Of a stretch of 64,000 bases of DNA, positions 58,637-64,000 are shown one piece after another. Each line of letters begins with the position of its first letter. The first letter of the stretch is position 1. A model generated the notes under the pieces. That model had not been told where the DNA came from, ran no database searches, and saw only the letters and a program-made list of their open reading frames with translations. Origin of the DNA: Methylococcaceae bacterium (GTDB lineage: Bacteria > Patescibacteriota > Microgenomatia > UBA1400 > PJMF01); assembly GCA_044370175.1 (NCBI GenBank), contig JBILVZ010000001.1, forward strand, positions 43,579 through 107,578. The letters run 5' to 3'. Made by a program: the position numbers and the translations under genes.

Positions 58637-60841
58637 CTATATCGGACAGGCACCACTCTCACACTTCAAGTGTTCATAGTCGATGTCTTCAAGCAACTCC
58701 TCTTCATTTTCGATCTCATTGAGGACGCGCATAAACTCACTGATAGTGACTGGTTGTTCTGGTTGGTACTCATAGGCAGTACTATCTTGTTGTGGCATAA
58801 CTGAGCAACACTTAATGAGTCCTTGGTACTTGCGCACCATCTCAGCAAACTCCTCATACTTCACCCGTTTTGGATCATACTTGAGGGTGTAGGAGACTTG
58901 GTTGCCCGTGTCTTCTAGTGGTTTGCCATTCTCATTAACCCCGACAATCCAGTATTTTTCAAGCAACATTAGCCATTTGTACTGCTCTTCTGGAGTGGCT
59001 TCACCTGCAGTCACGAGCTCACCATTCATACCCAGACGGCAAATGAGTGGCTGGGTGGGAAAGCCCACCACGGTAGAACCTTGATAACTCCTCAGCTCTT
59101 TGACTGGATACCCTTTTTTCTTGTACTTCTCCACCTGTGGATCGTCACTGCGATACTGCACCCAGCGGATGTACTCACGCATAGATGGTAAGTGGGCACC
59201 TTCCGTCAGAGCAAACAGCTTAGAGATCGTCCCCGAAGGTTTGATGGTCGTGTTGGTGTGCGGCACATTCACCTTCAAGAGCTTGGAGTACTTTTCTGCC
59301 TCATCAACGACGGCTCGTTTAAAACGGGACAGCGTCATCCAGAAGTCTTTGGTTTTTTCTTCATCGATCAGGTCGCGAAAGGCATAGCCAAACGTATTCC
59401 AGGCAAATTCGTGAATCCCCGTCATACCCACACCAATCCGGTTGGTGCGCTTGACCTCGCGGTTGTACAAACTATCCATGAAACTGTTGACCCGGATCAA
59501 TGCCCGAGTAGTAGCTCGGAAAGCCTCTTCAGCGTCGTTAATGGTAGGACAGTAGTAGGGTACGACATCAGAGATCACACAGTAGCCTCCCAGCATGTTG
59601 AGTGAAATCTCACCACAGGGGTTGGGGATCTGCGTGTAGACTTTGGCGGCTGCATTACGAGCAATACGAGACAACATTTTTTCTGTACGAGCTAATGGCT
59701 TGTATTTTTTACTCTCGGCATACTTGCCATCAGCATAGTTATCAAAACCTTCGTCGTTCTGCACTAGGCGGTGTTGATTGACAAAACCTGGCTCACCGGT
59801 GCCATCTTCATAGGCTGCTTTGAGAATTGTCTCCAAGACTTTGCGGGCATGATTGGTGCGCTGCTTCCAGAACTTGTCGTCAACAGCCACTGAGTTGTTG
59901 GCACTCCACAAGAAACCGCCACGTTTGATATTGATGAAGTCAAAAATTTCAGGATCATTCCATGCTTTAGTAGCAATCCGTGCACTGCGGCGAGCACCAC
60001 CCACCAGCACACACTCAGCCAAGTAGTGATCGACAAACATCGCTTGCTTCCAAGGAGACATCCCAGCACCTTTGATGGTGGCCACTTTTTCAATTGCATT
60101 CATCAGTGGCTTTGGACCAGAAGAAGGGCGGTTCTGCATACCACGGATTGGTGCTCCTTTAGGGCGAACTTTAGAAAAGTCCAAAATGAGGATACCGTCT
60201 TTGTGTTTTTTCTCAAAAGCCATCATTTCCATCATTTCAATGGCTTGCGACCAGCCTTCTCGGCTGTCTGGTACTTCAAACCAAGTGACACTTTCACTCT
60301 CGCCATATTTGTGGCGTGCATCGCGGACACTTTCATCAAAACCCCAGACGAAATCAGCGTGTGAGTCATCAATTACGCAGCGAACATTTGGCATGTTGTC
60401 CCAGTTGACTACACACAGATCATCGTCATAAGGCCTGCCTACTCCTGAGCCATTCATCAGTAAGTAAAACAGGACGTATGATGCAGTAGCAGTAGAACAG
60501 TTGGTAAAGACCTCCATGTTGCGCTCTGCTTGAGAGATATCCCCATGTTGGAGGTGGCGACCAGACATCAGAATCGAGCCATTACTAATATGTTTTTTCA
60601 AAATGGCATAGTCTTCTTGGCGGTGTTTGTCAAACTTCTTATTTTTTGAGTACCCCAGCAAACTAGTATTTCCCAGAGCCACACGTTCGGCCACTTCTTC
60701 CCAAGTTTCCCAGCGCTCATGACCACTTTTAGCATCGATGACACGGCGCAAATAGGTACGGCGCGCCACAGCCATTCCCATCCCACCATCGAGTTTACGA
60801 TTGATAAAGGTCATTTTCTTTTTTGGCAGACTTGGTGACAT
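58637..60841 (-). CDS. nrdJ: Class II (adenosylcobalamin-dependent) ribonucleotide reductase, monomeric RTPR-like
   Basis: FTNC, NGSGVG, PDSREGW, GGARRSA, NPCGEI, RIGVGMTG, IKPSGTIS, C-terminal CESGACPI; no beta-subunit gene adjacent. Confidence 0.88.
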   Translation of the reverse strand: MSPSLPKKKMTFINRKLDGGMGMAVARRTYLRRVIDAKSGHERWETWEEVAERVALGNTSLLGYSKNKKFDKHRQEDYAILKKHISNGSILMSGRHLQHGDISQAERNMEVFTNCSTATASYVLFYLLMNGSGVGRPYDDDLCVVNWDNMPNVRCVIDDSHADFVWGFDESVRDARHKYGESESVTWFEVPDSREGWSQAIEMMEMMAFEKKHKDGILILDFSKVRPKGAPIRGMQNRPSSGPKPLMNAIEKVATIKGAGMSPWKQAMFVDHYLAECVLVGGARRSARIATKAWNDPEIFDFINIKRGGFLWSANNSVAVDDKFWKQRTNHARKVLETILKAAYEDGTGEPGFVNQHRLVQNDEGFDNYADGKYAESKKYKPLARTEKMLSRIARNAAAKVYTQIPNPCGEISLNMLGGYCVISDVVPYYCPTINDAEEAFRATTRALIRVNSFMDSLYNREVKRTNRIGVGMTGIHEFAWNTFGYAFRDLIDEEKTKDFWMTLSRFKRAVVDEAEKYSKLLKVNVPHTNTTIKPSGTISKLFALTEGAHLPSMREYIRWVQYRSDDPQVEKYKKKGYPVKELRSYQGSTVVGFPTQPLICRLGMNGELVTAGEATPEEQYKWLMLLEKYWIVGVNENGKPLEDTGNQVSYTLKYDPKRVKYEEFAEMVRKYQGLIKCCSVMPQQDSTAYEYQPEQPVTISEFMRVLNEIENEEELLEDIDYEHLKCESGACPI

Positions 60842-60853
60842 ACATTCCTCCTT

Positions 60854-61327
60854 CTAGGTTACTGCTGCACTTGGCAGTGGCTGCTTCAGCCTTTTTATTT
60901 CCTGTTCAAAATCTTCTACACTTTCAAAATCTCGGTATACACTCGCAAAGAGCAGATACGATAGTGGGTCAACTACTTTGAGCCGTTCGATCACTAAGTT
61001 GCCGATCTCCCAACTTTTAATCTCACACATTTCGCGTTGCCTCAATTTGCGCTCAATATCATCAATCATCTCTTCTACGACACTCATGGAAACTGGTCTC
61101 TTCCATGTAGCTTTGACGACACCACGACGGAGCTTGTCTCTATTAAAGTCTTCCTTCGTACCATTCTTCTTTATAACTTTTAAATCAATGCCCTCTACCC
61201 GCTCATAGGTAGTAAAGCGCTTGCCACACTCAGTGCAGTGTCGGCGACGGCGAATGCTCGTCACTTCATCAGCTTCGCGCGAGTCCACTACTGAAGTTTC
61301 TGTTTTACCACAATATGGACATTTCAT
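60854..61327 (-). CDS. nrdR: Transcriptional repressor NrdR
   Basis: MKCPYC, IRRRRHC..C..RFTTYE, ATP-cone, FASVYRDF. Confidence 0.97.
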   Translation of the reverse strand: MKCPYCGKTETSVVDSREADEVTSIRRRRHCTECGKRFTTYERVEGIDLKVIKKNGTKEDFNRDKLRRGVVKATWKRPVSMSVVEEMIDDIERKLRQREMCEIKSWEIGNLVIERLKVVDPLSYLLFASVYRDFESVEDFEQEIKRLKQPLPSAAVT

Positions 61328-61342
61328 ATGTATACTTTTAAA

Positions 61343-61390
61343 GCACAATCTATTGTGTCTCCAAGACCTACTTTACACAATCTGTTGTGC
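61343..61390. promoter_or_regulatory. Tandem NrdR boxes
   Basis: GCACAATCTATTGTGT (61343-61358) and ACACAATCTGTTGTGC (61375-61390), 32 bp apart, upstream of nrdR-nrdJ. Confidence 0.88.
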
Positions 61391-61458
61391 CTATAGCTTG
61401 GCGGATATAAAGAATCTCACGGTTTGGGGATCGCTGTCAACTAATCAAAAAAGATCAA

Positions 61459-62058
61459 TTATCGACTTTTTTGAAGATCTAAAGTACTCAATTTTTGATA
61501 AATGATTTGAGTATCTCGGTGCAGGTCATCAATTGTTTGTGTGTCGGTATTAGCCATCTGCTGTTTGAAAGTTGGTAGCTGTGTAAGGGAGTTGGCAAAT
61601 GCAGTTTGTACTACCTGTATCGTCTCTGGAGTATACAGATCAGGATTAGCAAGAACTTCATTACCTGCAATAAATAAGTACTTTTGCGATTTTGTCAGGG
61701 TGGTAAGTGCTAGTACTGGCTGCTCTTTTTCGATTAGCTGTACGGCATACCCATAGCGTCGCGCCGAAAACTCAATGCGCAGCAGTATTTTTGCTTCACC
61801 ATCTGCAGTCAATAGCTTGGCTCGATCACCCACCATGAGTAGTGGATAAAAAATATTATCAGGTAAAATTGTTTGATTAAAATACACCTTCTGAGCCAAT
61901 AATCGGCTTGTATCTCCCGCTGCATTGCGGTTGGCAGAAAGTAGCGACACGAGCAAAATAAACGTGCCAAAGAGCAAGAGTAACACAGGAAAACTTTTTT
62001 TAAGCATTTTTTCCATAAGTAAGTTGGTAGCTGTACTATAGGTACGCACCACAGACAC
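61459..62058 (-). CDS. DUF5667-like membrane-anchored protein
   Basis: TM then ILPDNIFYPL...RR pattern. Confidence 0.7.
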   Translation of the reverse strand: MSVVRTYSTATNLLMEKMLKKSFPVLLLLFGTFILLVSLLSANRNAAGDTSRLLAQKVYFNQTILPDNIFYPLLMVGDRAKLLTADGEAKILLRIEFSARRYGYAVQLIEKEQPVLALTTLTKSQKYLFIAGNEVLANPDLYTPETIQVVQTAFANSLTQLPTFKQQMANTDTQTIDDLHRDTQIIYQKLSTLDLQKSR

Positions 62059-62085
62059 CTCAACGAGTTGTATATTGTACGCTAC

Positions 62086-62787
62086 TTACCAAGTATGAAC
62101 TAACAGGACCATGCCCCAGATGGCATGGGAAAGTATGAGTGCGTAGGTATTTCTTCTTCCAATAAACAAAAATGATTGCCCGAGGGCAAATAAGAATAAT
62201 AGAATTGCCTGGAAAAACATCGCTTGGATCGAGATATCAGAAAAGCGCAAATAAATATTGGGAAGGTGAAAGATGAGAAAGATGAGGGCTGCTAAAAGTG
62301 CTTGGTTGGAAACTGCCCACCGAGAGTATTTTTCTTGGATGACGGTCAGGATAAAAGTGAAAAATAGTAGTGTCTCCCAAAAGCCAGTAAATAAAGCCAG
62401 AATAAACTCACCCCAGAATCGCTCAGAGCTAAAGAGCGCTACGGACTGCACCGGGACATCACGAGTGAATAGGGTGAGTATTGAGGTGGCAAAGCCAAAA
62501 ATACCACCAACTGCTAGGCCTAGTAAAACTCCTGATTGAAACTTACGCAATGACATTGTTTCAAGGATTTTTTTGGCCCCTACCATATTGATATAGAGCC
62601 AAACCGGAAAACCAAAGAATAATGCTTTTCCTATTGTTTCATCAAAAAGAACGGGGAAATCAAATAGTCGACGATACAGAATCCACAAGACGAGCGTCAA
62701 GACCACCATGGGATAGAAGACGATGTGGGACTCTTGTCCGATCGAGCTTGCTGCTGTTTTAGTGCGCTTCTTTGCGAGTGATGGCAT
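62086..62787 (-). CDS. CPBP/Abi-family intramembrane protein
   Basis: GFWETLLF, FLIFHLP, LSHAIW motifs in TM helices. Confidence 0.75.
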   Translation of the reverse strand: MPSLAKKRTKTAASSIGQESHIVFYPMVVLTLVLWILYRRLFDFPVLFDETIGKALFFGFPVWLYINMVGAKKILETMSLRKFQSGVLLGLAVGGIFGFATSILTLFTRDVPVQSVALFSSERFWGEFILALFTGFWETLLFFTFILTVIQEKYSRWAVSNQALLAALIFLIFHLPNIYLRFSDISIQAMFFQAILLFLFALGQSFLFIGRRNTYALILSHAIWGMVLLVHTW

Positions 62788-63409
62788 GTATAACTAAGTC
62801 CAGTGCTTCGCTTTGGTTTGTGGAGTACGTATCTACAACTATATCGTATAAATTTGGCTGCCAAAAATCAATCGGATCACTCTCGGTCGCTTTTCCTTTT
62901 GCTACGACCCAATCATGCCACTCTTGCTTGTACATTCTGCGCCATTTAGCAACATTAGTACGATAGCGGTGGTTCATATTTTCAAGCGCTTGCTCTGGTG
63001 TGACCTTATCGCGATTAACAATGCGATCCACCTTGACTGCAGTGTTGCTACAGATCATCAGAATTTTACAGGTACCCGCAACACCTTGAGCCATAAAACC
63101 CGACAACCAAGATTCTAAGATCCAGAAATTTTCTGTGGAGAGACGATTTCGCATCCCCATATCTACTTCTCGATCAAAGTCTTCTCCATACGCTTCTGCA
63201 GTGTGATGGAGTTTACCATCTTGATCGAGTAAATCTCGTTCTGCTGCGTATGCACGCATAAACTCACCACCACTAAACCCCTTCCAGCCGTGCAACTTTA
63301 GATCAGGATGTTCGCGGAGTTTATTGAGTAAAGTTGTAGAGCCAGAACCAGGCAACCCTGAAACACTAATGTTCTTATATACAAAATTATCTGCAAGGAG
63401 GTTTGACAT
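62759..63409 (-). CDS. cmk: Cytidylate kinase, archaeal-type family
   Basis: ISVSGLPGSGSTT, SGGEFMR, FDREVD, ILESWLSGF, RIVNRD, YDIVVDT. Confidence 0.78.
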   Translation of the reverse strand: MSNLLADNFVYKNISVSGLPGSGSTTLLNKLREHPDLKLHGWKGFSGGEFMRAYAAERDLLDQDGKLHHTAEAYGEDFDREVDMGMRNRLSTENFWILESWLSGFMAQGVAGTCKILMICSNTAVKVDRIVNRDKVTPEQALENMNHRYRTNVAKWRRMYKQEWHDWVVAKGKATESDPIDFWQPNLYDIVVDTYSTNQSEALDLVIHAITRKEAH

Positions 63410-63511
63410 AAGACCTTAAAATAGTAAGTATGTATTATAGGCACACTCTTGTATAAGTGCAAACATCTGGAATTTGCTTGTAAATACACCCCAACATGCT
63501 ACAGTACAAGT

Positions 63512-63787
63512 ATGGAGGAAATGCTAGTTTCTCAGGATCACCTAGAAGTACTCGTGCATGACGAACACGGGATATTGTATCAAGGTGCTGCGCAAGCAGT
63601 TACCTCAATCAATGAGCAGGGTATTTTTGATATTTTACCCGACCACACCAACTTTATTACTCTTATCAAAGACAAACTAGAGATCGTAACAACACAAGGT
63701 GAAAAACAAACCTTTGCAGTAGCAGGAGGAATTCTGCACTGTTACACCTCGCAAGTGGAAGTGTACTTGGGTGTAGGTGAAAAATAA
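63512..63787 (+). CDS. atpC: F1 ATP synthase epsilon subunit, N-terminal beta-sandwich only
   Basis: LYQG, GIFDILPDHTNFITLI, FAVAGGIL. Confidence 0.8.
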   Translation: MEEMLVSQDHLEVLVHDEHGILYQGAAQAVTSINEQGIFDILPDHTNFITLIKDKLEIVTTQGEKQTFAVAGGILHCYTSQVEVYLGVGEK

Positions 63788-63803
63788 TCGGGGCACGTAT
63801 CTG

Positions 63804-64000
63804 CTAGTGCAGTTGCAGCTCAGCTAAACTACCACCCTGTAGGAAGCGCTCAGGATCAGTGCTATCAAATGTGCCTTGTAAGATATCTGCTACATCTTGA
63901 ACACACGTCATGCGGGGGACAAAAGTGCCGGGCTTGCCAGTTTGAACAGCACTGACAAAGAAACTCTGTGTTAGGTAGTTTTTTAAGATTTGCGCGCGTT
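63804..64000 (-). CDS. atpD: C-terminal end of F1 ATP synthase beta subunit (partial; not in ORF track)
   Basis: Manual translation RAQILKNYLTQSFFVSAVQTGKPGTFVP...DVADILQGTFDSTDPERFLQGGSL* matches the beta C-terminus pattern RA....LSQPFFV....TG.PG. Confidence 0.85.
   Translation of the reverse strand, partial: RAQILKNYLTQSFFVSAVQTGKPGTFVPRMTCVQDVADILQGTFDSTDPERFLQGGSLAELQLH

Noticed and set aside
62086-62787. CPBP protein with EExxxR motif changed to ETLLFF as a pseudo-protease
   Set aside because: The family is highly variable and both His motifs remain; alignment by eye is insufficient to claim inactivity
63789-64000. GGGGC start after atpC resembling a tmRNA 5' end
   Set aside because: No TTCGAC-like motif follows, and the opposite strand translates as the AtpD C-terminus
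1-64000. CRISPR array, IS element, rRNA, defence island
   Set aside because: No regularly spaced direct repeats, transposase motifs, rRNA sequence or recognisable defence genes were seen

Overview
A 64 kb chromosomal housekeeping region from a small-genome bacterium using the standard code. Gene content suggests Patescibacteria/CPR, probably Microgenomates: truncated IF2, mini-SufD, short HrcA, stand-alone PolA 5'-3' exonuclease, TsaC-TsaE fusion, several GT-C glycosyltransferases, DUF5667/DUF5674 genes and archaeal-type Cmk. It holds a SUF Fe-S cluster (sufC, intein-containing sufB, sufD, sufS, sufU), sod, pnp/rpsO, nusA-infB, hrcA-grpE-dnaK-dnaJ, groES-groEL, ftsH, trpS, a Xer recombinase, two CAU tRNAs, tsaC/E-tsaD, nrdR-nrdJ, and the 3' end of atpD facing a short atpC. 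No CRISPR array, transposase or prophage was seen. The most notable signals are non-coding. (1) A complete E. coli-style Trp attenuator upstream of trpS: 16-aa leader peptide with Trp-Trp, plus 1:2, 2:3 and 3:4 hairpins and U7. (2) About 15 genes with a -10 box only 6-10 nt before the ATG, suggesting leaderless mRNAs, alongside an unconventional 69-nt initiator tRNA. (3) A variant CIRCE regulon at four promoters. (4) Candidate RNA leaders on rpsO, pnp and nusA, and tandem NrdR boxes. All family calls come from motif recognition by eye; no database search or folding program was run.
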